From Cycas panzhihuaensis (Eukaryota > Plantae > Cycadophyta): a stretch of 64,000 bases of DNA. The position numbers and the translations under genes were made by a program. Within the stretch, counting starts at the first letter, position 1, and each line of letters starts with the position of its first letter. The notes under the pieces are model-generated. The model saw only the letters and a program-made list of their open reading frames with translations. It searched no databases and was not told the DNA's origin. This document shows positions 1-12,599 of the stretch, in pieces. Where the stretch lies: NCBI GenBank assembly GCA_023213395.1, contig CM041465.1:231577741-231641740 (forward strand), read 5' to 3'.

Positions 1-1017
1 AGCATAAAACAGATGGTAATCCTTCCACCATCTTCAACCTCTTCAGCAGTGCAATGCTCCTGTAATTAAGGTGGCCTAGGCGATCATGCCACAGTTTGCT
101 CACATCATCTGCGCTGGCAACAAAGGCGTAAGACTTCTTCTGAGATTGAAACTTTTCAAACACCGAAATGTTATCTCTGACCTTCCCAGTAGCAATGACA
201 AAGAAAATTTTCTTTGGATCCTTAATTAGGCATCTATCATGATAAAGCTCCACCTTCATTCCTTGTTTGCAAATTTCTCAGGCCAAAAGCAACTTCAATT
301 ACATCTTGGGTACATAATATACCCCTGTAAACTTACCACATGTTAAAGAAACTTTGCCAACACCTTCCACAAGCAACATGTGAGCAGCTCCAAGGATGAT
401 CTTTGCATCACTATTATTTTCACTCCATGCATCAAAGTTATGCTTCTAGAAGGGGATATGCTTCTGCGTTCTAGAGTCCAAAATCCAATAGTCTACTCGA
501 TTTGACTTGGCTAACAAGGTTGTCACTCTGACGCAATGTGCTGCAATGCTCTTCCCTTTGTCATCCTGGCTAACTTTGCATTTGTCATGTCTGTTGAACC
601 AACAATTCTTTTCTTTGTGGCCTTCCTTCTTGCAGTAGTTGTATTTTCCATTGAATTTCTTCTTCTCCCAAGAGTCTTCCTCAGACTTATGTGTGAACTT
701 CTCCTCCTAAATGACCTCTCTCCTTTGCATCTTCATGACTAAGGCCTGGCTTGACTCAAAACCTCCAAGCATCCCATGAAGTTTTAACTTGGCATCCTTT
801 GCTAGAATAAGATTCTTGATGCCATCAAAGGTTTCTGCCTCCATCACTTCATCTCTACCATCAATGCTTTGAAAAGTGGCAAAAGTAGCTGGCAACTTCG
901 ACATGATTATTGCAAACAAGAGCTCAAATTTGTGTCTCAAGTCAGTGATTTAATTCAGGTAGGAACTAATATTGGTTTCATCTCCTTCAAGTTGATTTAA
1001 GGTCTTGAAGTTAGTAG
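1..1017 (-). pseudogene. Degenerate Copia gag (UBN2-like)/protease/GAG-pre-integrase remnant
   Basis: ORF 707-940 (IIMSKLPATFATF...TFDGIKNLIL), WILDS protease motif and LWHxRLGH motif, with stops and frameshifts. Confidence 0.75.
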
Positions 1018-1529
1018 TGTTAGAATGGGCCAAATGGCCTCATAGGTCCAAGATCATTAACAAAGCACAATAAGCATACATAAACACAAAGAGAAAGAGG
1101 AGCAAGATAATGATACCAAAAGTGTGGTGTTGGAATTGGTCCAACCACCAAAGAATGCTCAGCTTGATTAGCAACCGGCGAATAACAAGAAGCTCCAACT
1201 CTTGAATGAGCAACAATGAAGAGAGGCCTCATTAAATAGAGGGAGATGAGAGGCCAAAGGCTATTGCATGATTGACAAGTGTCAATCATGCAATGCATGC
1301 TTGCATGTAGGACAAGTGTTCATTGGGAGCTCTTGTGAGCAAAAGTGCAAGGGGGTCATTTGACCCTCAAGTGACATAAGTGACAACGTTATGTCACTAG
1401 ACATAAAGTGGGTGTGTACTTTCACTTAAGTGATAAAGTCACCCGTAAAGTACAAAAGTGCACATAATACATAAACATAAAGTACATAAAGCTTAACATG
1501 TAAACATAAGGTAAACCTAAGGTTTAACA
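1018..1529 (-). repeat. 3' LTR of Copia 1018-8190 (512 bp)
   Basis: TGTTAG...TTAACA; direct repeat of 7664-8190; next to the PPT. Confidence 0.95.
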
Positions 1530-1540
1530 CCCCCCCTTAT
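1530..1540 (-). other. Polypurine tract
   Basis: Minus strand reads ATAAGGGGGGG directly before the 3' LTR. Confidence 0.85.
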
Positions 1541-1544
1541 TGTT

Positions 1545-4500
1545 TACAATGTTAAGTCGGACCCCTAGACCATCTCTAAATTTTACAAATTTCTCTCTAC
1601 CAAGTGGCTTGGTAAAGATGTCTGCTGTTTGCTGCTCTGTTGGTCGATCTTGGACCGATCTCACCACTGTGTACATGCTCTCTGATGAAATGGTGGTGAA
1701 CTTCAATATGCTTGGTCCGTGCATGAAAGACGGGATTCTTAGTCAGCTTGAGCACACTCTGATTTTCGCAATGAATGTTAGTAGGCTGATCTTGCTCAAG
1801 TCCAAGTTCCCCAAGAATCCGTCGTAGCGGATAGCCTCCTCGCAAGTTGCGCTTGATCGCAACTTTGTACTACCTTGATGGAGGACAAGGTAACATTTGG
1901 TTGCTTCTTGCAACTCCATGAAACAGCTGCTGAACCAAGGGTAAAACTGTAACCCGAGGTTGATCTCCTGCTATCCTGGCATCCTGCCCAATTAGAATCG
2001 GAGAATCCTTCCAAAGTGAAGTTCTCATTATGTGCATACTCAAGGCCAAGCTGTAATGTACCTTTGATGTACTTGAGTATGCGTTTTGCTACCTTCCAAT
2101 GCTTTTGATTGGTTTGAGACATGAATTGAGAGCAAATCCCAACTGCAAATGAAATGTTCGGACGAGTGTTGGTGAGATAGATGAGACTACCAATCAACCG
2201 CTAGGTAAAGAGTGGGATCTGCAAGTTCAGCTTCCTCATTAAGAGTAAGCTTGGTTCTGTTCTCCATGGGTGTAGCGCTGCTTGCGATCATGCATCCTAA
2301 ACCTCTGCAAGATGTCCCAAGAATATTTTGCTTGGGAGATGAAGATATAGCCTGGCTGTTGCCATACCTCAAAGCCTAAAAAATAATGGAGAAGTCCAAG
2401 ATCAGTCATCTCAAAACTTCTTTTCAAATCATTCTGGAGAATCTTTATGAGCTTAGTGTCATCACCAGTGATCACTAAGTCATCTACATACAAGGCAATA
2501 TAAATGACATGGTTTTGTTCATGTTTGATGTACAAATTAGGATCTGAAGTAGATCGATGAAACCCATGTCTCAAGTAGTAGTCATCGATTTTTGTATACC
2601 ATGCCCTAGGAGCTTGTTTCAAGCCATACAAAGCCTTTTTGAGGTGACACACAAGATGCTCCTTGCCTTGTTCTTTGTAACCAGGAGGTTGCTCCAAGTA
2701 TACCTCCTCTTGAAGATCGCCATTAAGAAAGGCGCTCTTCACATCCATCTGATGAACTGGCCATTTGCATTGTGCTGCTAAGGCCAAAAGAAGTCTGATG
2801 GTGTTCATATTCGGCACTGGTGCAAAGGTTTTCTCATAATTAATGCCTTCCTTTTGTTTGAATCCCTTTGCCGCAAGGCGTGCCTTTTGACGTTTAAGTG
2901 TACCATCATAATGAAATTTGGTCTTATAGACCCATTTATAACTGATTGCCTGTTTATGTGGAGGCAATTCAACCAAATCCCATGTGTCATTCTTGTGAAT
3001 AGAATGGATCTCCTCATCCATGGCAGCTTTCCAATTGTCATTCTTTGAAGCCTCTTCAAAGGTAGAAGGCTCATCAACAGAAAGCACTTCAGCCATAAGT
3101 GCAAAATTTGTTTGCTGCCTATATTTCGATGGACGTTTCCCTTCAATAATGTGACCGTCACCTTGGTTTGAGTATACCATTTAGGTAACTTTTGAAATGA
3201 AGTAGCACGAACTTCAATGTCTTCTGGTCTAAGTGATTGATCAACAGAAGATGATAAGGTTCAAGTGGAGCAGAAGATGATGAAGTGGACGGTCCAGCAG
3301 GTGCAGATGAAGTACATGGTGTAGAAGATTGAGAGGGAGGGAAGTCCTTAACAATCTTTTTGCCTTTATCAATGGGGGGTTGGATAGATGCCACATCCAA
3401 CTCTTTCTGATCATCTTCAACAAACATTACATCTCTTGAGAGATGCATTTTTCTTTCAACTGGATCATACAACTTGTAGGCCTTGCTATGAATAGCATAT
3501 CCTACAAAGATGCATTTAAGACTATGCTTATCTAATTTAGTTCTTTGCTGATCAGGTATGTGCATATATGCAGTGCACCCAAATGTCCTCAAATGGCTGA
3601 TAGTCGGTTTCTTACCAGTCCATGCCTCCTTAGGTGTAATGTTGGTGACTGCTGTTGTAGGACTCTGGTTGGCCACATAGGCAGTTGTATGAAATGCTTC
3701 GGCCCAATAAGCTCGAGGAAGTCCTTTCGCATGCATCATAGTTTTGGCTTTATTAGCCAAAGTTCTGTTCATCCTTTCGGAGACTCCGTTTTGTTGAGGA
3801 GTATGAGGAACTGTAAGTTGTCTCCGAATCCCATTATCCTTGCAGTATTGGGTGAATTCTTGAGAAGTGAATTCACCTCCATTATCTGTGTTTAATATTC
3901 CAATTGAATAGCCAAATTCATTTTCTACTTCAGCTTTGAATTCTTTGAACTTGGAGAATGCTTTTGATTTGTGCTTTATGAAGTAGACCCAGACTTTATG
4001 AGAAAAGTCATCAATGAAGAAGATGTAGTACAATGCTCCTCCGAATGATTGAGTGGACATGGGTCCACATAAGTCTGAGTGAATCAACTGCAAAGGATAA
4101 GATGCACGCCAAGCTTTGCCTTTAGGGAAAGGCAAATGATGTTGAGTCCCCATTATGCAAGCTTCGCAAAGACATTTTGAACCATATATCTTCGGAAGCC
4201 CATATACCATGTTCTTGTTCATCAGCTGCTTCAGATTATCTAGGCTTAAATGACCTAGACGTTGATGCCATAATTGCATTTTTGACAAAGATATAGTGAC
4301 CATGGAACCAGAGGAAGCATAATCAAGTGTAATGTTATTGGCATCCAACTTGTAAAGACCTTGATCCTCATATGCAACAGCTACAATCTGGTCATTTTTG
4401 TCACGAATGATACATTTCCCGTTCTTGAATAAAACGCTCATCTGTTGCTTGTCCAACTTGCTAACAGATAGCAAACTCTTCTCCATGGAAGGAATGAAAT

Positions 4501-4906
4501 ATGCATCACTATTGGGAAATGTGGAGGAAGGATTTTCTGAAGAGTGGAAAGGAGCTATTGTGCCTATGCCTGAAATCTCGACAGATTCATTATTTCCAAA
4601 AGTCACTGATTGACCTTTACCTTCTTTAATATTGCAAAGGAGTTCTTCACTCCCTGTCATATGCTGAGTAGCTCTTGAATCAACAATCCAAGTGTGATCA
4701 TCCTTGGATGAGTGATATGCACAAAATAGTTTGTCTTCATTGGCAAACTGATTAAAGTGGCGTTGGTTGCCACCTCTATAACCCCCCCTTCCTCTTTGAC
4801 CTCCTCGATAGGCACCTCGATTTGGTCGAGGGGATTCTCTTCTTGATACATTCTGAAATCTCTGTTGATATTGTTGCCTTGGTACATTGTTGTCTCTGCC
4901 TTGTGG
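1545..4906 (-). pseudogene. pol: Copia pol (protease, GAG-pre-integrase, integrase, RT, RNase H), frameshifted
   Basis: WIVDSRATQHMT, LWHQRLGH, CEAC, LIHSDLCGP, DNGGEF, TPQQNGVSERMNR, QMDVKSAFLNG, LYVDDL, GFSDSNWAG, NPVFHARTKHIEV across ORFs 3158-4660, 2239-3180, 1796-2197, 1597-1845. Confidence 0.95.
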
Positions 4907-5726
4907 TCATTCTGCTGCTTCTTCTTGCCGTCGTAGATCTGCCTGCTTCTTTCTGCAATCAGGTGCAATGTGGCCAGGTGTGCCACAATAATGACATACA
5001 ACATTGGACTTTGAGGAGCCAATGTTCATGTTTCTAAAATGCTTTATGACTGCAGGTTTGGAGATCTGATTGGCCTTTGACTTGGTCGTGAAAGCACCTG
5101 GAGTAGATGGTTTTTCATTGTTCTTAGCATAAATCTGCTCTTCTTGAAGCAATAAGCTTTCAAGTTCATTAAATGTCATCTTCTTAAGTGAACCATCTCG
5201 AGTGGTAGATGAAATGAAGCCGTTGTAGTCCTTTGGCAATGCTTTGGTGATGGAAGTGATGAGCTCATCCCTTGTTGCAGGACTACCTAAAGTATTCAGT
5301 TCATTACATACCTCCTTAATGGAGGAAAGAAAAGCCGACATAAGCTTGACAAACTTAACAGAATACAATTTGGCTTTCACCATCAGAATGCGAGCTTCAT
5401 CTCGCCTTTAAATGCGATGAGGACAAAGTGCCCCAAGCTTCTTTAGAAGTTTTAGCAGAAGAAATATTTTGATCCACATGCACATCCACAATCATATGAA
5501 GAAATGCCAAAGCAATCTCGTCTTTGGCTTCCCAAGCAGCAGCACGTTCATCATCAACATCATCCTCATCATCGTTAACAAGTGCAGGATTGGGGATTCT
5601 CCCAGAAACATATCCCCAAAATTCATTCATTATCAAGAGGTTTTGTGTGATTCTTTTCCATTCTTGATAATTTCCTCGCCCTGTTAACCTTATTGTGCAT
5701 GCATTGAGCATGTTCATAGCAGCCAT
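4907..5726 (-). pseudogene. gag: Copia gag (UBN2-type with CCHC zinc knuckle), one frameshift near 5390
   Basis: LTGRGNYQEWK...FWGYVSG, AKTSKEAW, ALPKDYNGF, knuckle CHYCGTPGHIAPDC (ORFs 5397-5726 and 4907-5383). Confidence 0.92.
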
Positions 5727-7039
5727 CTTTCACTTGTATGCTTAAAGGTTAGCAAATAACTTGGTAACTTCAAAGCTTTGTCACTTAAGTTCCACCTTCT
5801 AATGAAACCACCAGTCTTGATTTTACAAGAAGATCCAACGACTGGGTGGAGTGATGAGGGGTGGAGGACTTCGGCTATTGAGTTGGTTCAAGTTAAGTGT
5901 AGCAGAGGCAAGGTTTAAGCCTTTTTTGAGCCTTTCCAACTAGATTTTAAATTCACTTTTACAAAATTTTAAAGTGAATTTTAAGATATATTTACTTAGA
6001 TAATGTACTTAGCTTTGAATGCTTTGATTAAGCTTACAATGAGAGGCTTCTTAAGAAGCAAGTACATGAGAATAATGAGCACTTGATTAAATGTTTTAAG
6101 TGCTTTTTGAAATCCAAGTAAGATGTTGAGGTGCTTGAATACAGTATGTAAGTACTTTTGAGAGTTTAGTACTTAGAAAAAATGATGCAAAACCTGATGA
6201 TGAGTGCAAAAACAGGTTCGTTTTAATGCTCCAAAGTTGATGTAGAGAGAGAACCACTTGCCAAAGTATACGAAATGTACTCCAAACACCAAGCGAATGC
6301 CAAGCACCAAGTTGTTGAGACTTCTAAAATAGTCCCAACAATCCAACAGAAAAAATGATTTTATTGAGTACAAGTATCTCAGCCTCCTTTTTGAGATTTT
6401 GAAGGCTATGGGACACCATGCAAGGTGCCAAAAAATCAGCTCAAATGGTGATGAGTCACCTTTACAATATGAACATGCTTATTGACCACTTCAATTAAGC
6501 TCTTAATGCTTTAATAGCATTAAAATGAGTGGTAAAAGAGCTTAAAAAAGCAAAAAATGAAGGCTGAAATCAACCTTTTTTGCAACTTCGCATCACTAGA
6601 ACACCGTGCCGGGAGTCTTTTCAAGCACTTAAGTCATGTAACTTCAATCTTTAAAGAGAGGAGAATGACTTGGCATAAGTCATTTAATAAGTCCTCTATC
6701 CACCAAGAAAATATAATCCTCTTAAAGTACTACAAAGTACTTTTATGACCACCAAAAAATGCTTTAGAAATGATAATACATCTAAAAAAAAAAACTCTTA
6801 AAGCATTTAAGTCACCACTATTTTGAAATATCTCTTTGAGATATTCTTCAAAAGACAAGAAAAGGACGTAAGTAAGGGCTGATTGCATGAAATCCTTTTT
6901 TAAACAATGAATCCCTCTTAATTAACAATTCTTTTCACTTAATAAAGAGGATTTTGATTTAAAAAAGCATATACTTGAGTATATGCTAAATTGCATATAT
7001 CAAAATCTTTATGCCAAAATCGAATTGGCTTTTCATTTC

Positions 7040-7610
7040 CCGTGAGGGCGGCGGATTTCGTGCGTCTGACTCCGTGCGGCCCCCCTCCGGTGCATGGAAG
7101 CTTCCTCCGTGCGCAGGACTTTGTCCGGCGCCCGTGTGCAGGCCCGTGGATGCTCCGCTCTGTGCGCAATCTTTCTTCTTCCGTGCGCAATCTCCATGCA
7201 GTGCTTAGACAGATCTTGTTAGCAGGGATGACTCCGTCAGGGGCAGATGTAGACGTGCAGCCGCCAGAGGCGTGAACCGTGCGCTCCCGTGGAAGGTTCC
7301 GTGCAGGCTACAAAAGCTTCTTGCGTCTCCCGCGTGGGCAATCTCTGTGCGGCTCCTCCGTGGGCAGATATCTGCTTAGGCCCGTGCAGGGTTTTCTCCG
7401 ACTCCCGTGTGCAGGGAAAGACTCCCGTGCAGAGACGTGCTGAACAGTGCAGGCCCAACATGTGCAGACTTCTGTGCGCAGGCTGTGTGAAGGCAAGTAT
7501 GCTTCAGTGTGTCTTCCAGCCTTCAGGCAAATTCCAAGAACAGTGCAGGGACAGAGGGACGTCCACAGAGGGACAGGCTTTGTGCAGATTCCAGGGACAG
7601 CAAGCAAGTA
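7040..7610. repeat. GC/CpG-rich low-complexity island in the Copia leader (many CCGTG(C/T)GCA-like motifs)
   Basis: Abrupt GC-rich segment in AT-rich surroundings with recurring ccgtgcg/ccgtgtgca/ctgtgcgca words. Confidence 0.7.
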
Positions 7611-7649
7611 TGCAAAGAGTACCAAACCAAAGCTCAACCAAACCAAGGA

Positions 7650-7661
7650 GCTCTGATACCA
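7650..7661 (-). other. Primer binding site (initiator tRNA-Met)
   Basis: Minus strand reads TGGTATCAGAGC, 2 nt from the 5' LTR. Confidence 0.95.
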
Positions 7662-7663
7662 AT

Positions 7664-8190
7664 TGTTACAATGGGCCAAATGGCCTCATAGGTCCAAGAT
7701 CATTAACAAAGCACAATAAGCATACATGCATTAAGCATAAACACAAAGAGAAAGAGGAGCAAGATAATGATACCAAAAGTGTGGTGTTGGAATTGGTACA
7801 ACCACCAAAGAATGCTCAGCTTGATTAGCAAACTGACAGAATAACAAGAAGCTCCAACTCTTGAATGAGCAACAATGAAGAGAGGCCTCATTAAATAGAG
7901 GGAGATGAGAGGCCAAAGGCTATTGCATGATTGACAAGTGTCAATCATGCAATGCATGCTTGCATGTAGGACAAGTGTCCATTGGGAGCTCTTGTGAGCA
8001 AAAGTGCAAGGGGGTCATTTGACCCTCAAGTGACATAAGTGACAACGTTATGTCACTAGACATAAAGTGGGTGTGTACTTTATCACTTAAGTGATAAAGT
8101 CGCCCCTAAAGTACAAAAGTGCACATAATACATAAACATAAAGTACATAAAGCTTAACATGTAAACATAAGGTAAACCTAAGGTTTAACA
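7664..8190 (-). repeat. 5' LTR of Copia 1018-8190 (527 bp)
   Basis: TGTTAC...TTAACA; direct repeat of 1018-1529 with an extra 11-bp segment. Confidence 0.95.
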
Positions 8191-10074
8191 AGCAGATGAC
8201 TTGGAAACTCAAAGCTTTTGTTACTTAAGTTCCACCTTCTAACACACCAATAGCTTTGATCTTACTAGAAGATCCAACAACTAAAGAGATTGATAAGGGG
8301 TGGAGGACTAGACTAGGAGTTGGTTCAATCTTAATCTTTATAAGTAGATCCAACAATTGGGCAAGACAAATCTAGGACAAAGCTAGGTAGGGTTGATCTG
8401 CGCAGATGTACCATGCTTTCCTTGGGATTCTTAGCCTTAATAACACTCTTTTTGAACTCCCTTACTCCAAGAAATCTCAATTGTTGTGCACTGACCGTAT
8501 GATAGGTTGGTCCCCTAGGGAATGCACCAAGCTTGAGATTATAGAGGTAAGGTTTTCACTTTTCTTGGGCCTCTCCCACAAGATTTTAAAGCAAAATTTT
8601 TAGAAGGTTTAAGTTTACTTAGTTAAATTTTACGTAAGTGTGTAATGTTACTCCTTACAATGTTGATCAATATCTCAAAAAAAAAAAAAAAAGGCTTCAA
8701 AATGAAGCAATTGTGTACATGGAATTTAACACATGAAGTGTTTCAAAGAGCACTTTAAAAACATAAAAAAATGCTAAGTCTCCAAAAGGAAAAATAGCTT
8801 TTTTAATGTAGTGCTAAAATGGGTTCGTTTTAATGAATAACAACCACTTAATGCCAAATTCAATCACTTGTGCCAAGTAGACAATCGCTACCAAAGTGTT
8901 AGGACTTTAAATAGTCTTAACCAACGTAAAAAAGGTAAGTGATTTTATTAAAAAGTAGTGAATTTTGGCCCTTTTTGATGACTAGGGCATCAAGATCACC
9001 TTGCAGGGAGCCTTACAAAAATCACTTATAATGTGAATTTTTCACTTTGGAGTACAAGATATCGTTAAAAATCTCATTTTTAAGTCAAAAACACATTTAC
9101 AATTTTTTTTGTGTTTATGAACTTGAAAGATAAAGAAAGAGGCTAAAATTTACTAAGAAAGTGACTAAAGAAGATGAAACTACTTAAAAAATAATAAACT
9201 TTATAAATTAAAGTTTATTAAGCTTTGAATATTCCTGGGCATATTCTCATTTGTATAACATAAAGTTATTTTCCTAGTGTCTAAAAAACCAAATATTTCA
9301 AAATTCAAACGACGATGGAAATGGTGCACAGGCAGAACTTGATTTGATGATAACTCGATATACGATGATTAGATCGAGATAAAAATTTGCAGTTTGGGTC
9401 GTAGGTCTAGAGAGAAGATACATAAGATTTCATGAGGTTTCGTTGACTAGACAAAAAGAATAGTGCGAATGTAGGTTGAAGAAGGGCGTATGGTAAAAAA
9501 TGGTTGAAATGGTAGCCGTACACTAATATAGGGTTTGAAACCCACTTGAATTACTTCAGATGTCTTCTCCACAATTGGTATAACCTACAACAATCATCAG
9601 AACATATTTCTATTGATAGATTTAGTAGAAATGAGTGAATTTCATTAAAAAAAATTTGCCCTACAAGTGGAAAATTCACCCAGAACAGTGAGTTAACACT
9701 TGCATGTAAGGTGGAGGTAGAGAGAAGTGTATATGAGTCTAATTCTCAATCAAAAGATGAACAATATCCTGAGATCTGCCTTTATCCTACAAAAGACTAA
9801 TTTTTTAATGGAGAAAATCAATGAAAAACAATGTTTTTAGTAATATTTTACTGTTACACCCACTAAAATAAGTCTACAAAAGTTTCAGAACTTGAAATAA
9901 TCAGTCTCCAACCTATAAATAACTAAAAGATGGTAAGAAACTTCAGTAAATAATCCAAAGTAGAACTTGGATTGCCTTTGGAGAGCGAAGGTCGTCGCCA
10001 AGGGTTTGAAATTCTCTCACAAATCTGAGAAAAGTAGTAGAAAATAGCTCCTCTCACAAAGCTTTGATATCAAA

Positions 10075-10621
10075 TGTTGAGAATGGTCATTAAGCCAAAG
10101 GCCTTAAGGATCTAAAAGAGAGGAGAAAATTCTATGGAAATAAAGATGATTAGCATCTATTGAGAGTTAGTATGGAAATGAACACTATGAGCAAGCATGA
10201 GCATAGAGATCACAAGCATAAGGGCACCAATATGGAGGAGAAAGAATTAATCTAATATCCAAATAAGAAAGAATACTTGATTAGCAAACTAGCAGCATAA
10301 CATTACACACACTCTCATATCTACATATATGAGAATTGGTCTCAATATATAGATTATGAGGAGAGATTCTGAGAGACTCCGTGTTTGATGAATGTCAAAC
10401 ATGGAAGATATGTTAGATGCATGAAGGACAATTGTCCCGTGGGCTTTCTTGTGAGCAAAGATGCATGAGGGGTACATTGACGCTCAAGTTACAATGTTAT
10501 GTCACTAGAAAGAATGTGGGTGTGCACTTTATCATATATGTGATAAGTCACACTAATATAAAATGCAACACTGAAATAATATAAAGTACATTACTTAACA
10601 TGTAAACATAAAGGTTTAACA
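10075..10621 (-). repeat. 5' LTR of the older host Copia
   Basis: TGTTGAGAATGG...AAGGTTTAACA; shares TTATGTCACTAGA, GTGGGTGTG and TGTAAACATAA blocks with 1018-1529; PBS-like GCTTTGATATCA on its left. Confidence 0.8.
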
Positions 10622-10684
10622 TGGGGGGGGGGGATTGATTGCTGGTTTTTACTGCTTACCTATGAATTCCCACTTCAAAACGAA

Positions 10685-11380
10685 GCTCTAATACCCCTTG
10701 TAGCGACAAGATTTGTTTGGATTTGAATTATTTGCTGGAAAAGGATTCTGAATAAAAATAATACACAACAAGTGATAGCAAAATATGATAACGATGCAAT
10801 AATAAATGGATGAGAAAGAGTGTTTCCCAAGTCATTTGAGTAAATGAAGAATGAATGAGCAAAATATCACCAAATTTAGGGTAATGAAATCTTAGTTAAA
10901 CATAGTGTTGGAGTGGAAATAATGCTTCCTCTTCAAGGCGAGGTAGCCTCCAAATATTGTTGACCAAAGGGCCGAAGTACGATTGCCTTAAACGTTGAAA
11001 ATATCTTGCCAAATCAACGCTAGCTTGGTTGGGAATGAAGCCCCCAGGTCCCTTATATAGTTGGATTCTGCCTTCATATAGAATTTAGCGAAGACAGGGT
11101 GAAATATTAGCTTGAATAACACATGTAAGTCAGCTAGAATAATGCTTCTAAGTCAGCCAAGACTGAGTAATTTGGTTTACTACACACTCTGATTGACTCC
11201 TAACTATTTAATTAACTGACAAATTAATTAATTGACTAACATTCTAACTTAAATGTACACATATAAGTACAATAATTTAAACATCTCATCACATAGTGCC
11301 ATGACATATGGATGAGTAATACTTGTCAACCTCCCTAGACAAAGCATATTAGTTTGTGTTGACTTAGGTTTCCCACTGCA
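10685..11380 (-). mobile_element. PBS plus probable LTR of a further, older LTR element (right boundary uncertain)
   Basis: GCTCTAATACC (degenerate tRNA-iMet PBS on -) followed by TGTAGCG at 10699; TATA-like CCTTATATAG near 11051. Confidence 0.4.
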
Positions 11381-12599
11381 CTTGTGGAAAGGGTACACTT
11401 GTTAAGGTTACACAGGTTATAGTCTAGTTTAGGACACAGTCAACATCATCATCCACATAAATCACACAGATTTATTAATGTTTCCACATGATTACAGCAT
11501 AACGACACATAGCAATACAGAGATTGGCACCTATTTCACATTCAATCCTTGCAAACACAGAGAATCCACAATTTCCACGCAACTCTTATTTTATTAAGCA
11601 ATAAGTTCTTTTACACAAGGTGCTGGAATGCATTCCCTGTGCATTTCAGCCTCCTACATTCACTCTGTCACATGCGTACCCAGGAGGTACCCATCAAAAT
11701 ACACGGCTTAGGTCAGCATCATGCGTCTTGGTCTCTGTACCAATGCGTCTTTGGAATACTTGGCTCTCACCCTCGAGAGTATACCATGGGATTGAATCAC
11801 TCGGCTCTCACACTGGAATGGTCCTCAAAGCATCATTAAATATGTCCCTTCAAAGCCTTTTGGGTGAAAGGTTATGACCCAAAGTCATAACCATACCTTT
11901 TTGTCACCAAGGTACCCTTTCACTTTAACACTTGATTAAGTCTTCTTAATGGTGTCTTTTCTGATCCGTACATCCCTACATATGTCCTTTTGGGCTGACA
12001 TCATCATTTCTGGGTGCCTTGGGTCAAATCTGTCCATATGTACCTTATTGTCTGCAAGCGTACCAAAAAAAGTACGTAACCAGGTACGCATCTATCATAC
12101 GTACCTAGATTGCATATTTTTCACCTTTTTCCACTATGCGTACCTCTGTACAGTCCGTACTTGCATTCCTTTGGTCAATACAAGCATGTATTCCGTCTTC
12201 CTCAAGGTCTATGTGTCACAATATGTCCCAACAATTTGTATTGAATCTGGAGAGCCAAGACCACAAAATACAACCCTAGAGACCATAGTTCTAGGAGAGA
12301 TAACCCTTCTATCAAGAAAGAGGTTCTTTCAGAAAGAATCGATCTCAAGCTCAATAACATCCTACCATAATAACTCCTTCATCCCTAGGATGTAACATCC
12401 CTATTGCAAGGGGTAACAAACCTTTGAGATATTGTGACTACAACAAGTCCTATGGGCATTCAAATGAAGAATACTTTAAGCAAAAAGGCTTGGCCTGTTC
12501 TCTACCTTAGTCGTAAATGAAGAAGAGGAGATTATCATTCTAGTGTCTAACTAGAGACACCCATCTCCTTGATTGGTTCTAATGATTATGAAGGATTTA

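Larger units (their letters stand above)
1018..8190 (-). mobile_element. Full-length young Ty1/Copia LTR retrotransposon, inactivated by a few frameshifts/stops
   Basis: LTRs 1018-1529 and 7664-8190 (about 7 substitutions plus 15 bp of indels by eye). Near-perfect TSD AGTAG (1013-1017)/AGCAG (8191-8195). PBS 7650-7661, PPT 1530-1540. Domain order gag-PR-INT-RT-RH. Confidence 0.96.
1..10621 (-). mobile_element. Older, degenerate Ty1/Copia element (5' LTR, PBS, long leader, gag/protease/pre-integrase remnants), interrupted by the younger Copia at 1018-8190; continues off the left edge
   Basis: LTR 10075-10621 (TG...CA) resembles the LTRs at 1018-1529/7664-8190. Degenerate PBS at 10061-10072. 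Sequence from 8191 aligns with the inner element's leader at ~5750-5900. Minus-strand remnants YWILDSRTQKH (~460-495) and LWHDRLGHLNY (~60-95). Confidence 0.8.

Noticed and set aside
6939-7957. Overlapping ORFs on both strands (e.g. 7289-7828 +, 179 aa)
   Set aside because: Expected from stop-poor GC-rich repeats and LTR sequence; no recognisable domain.
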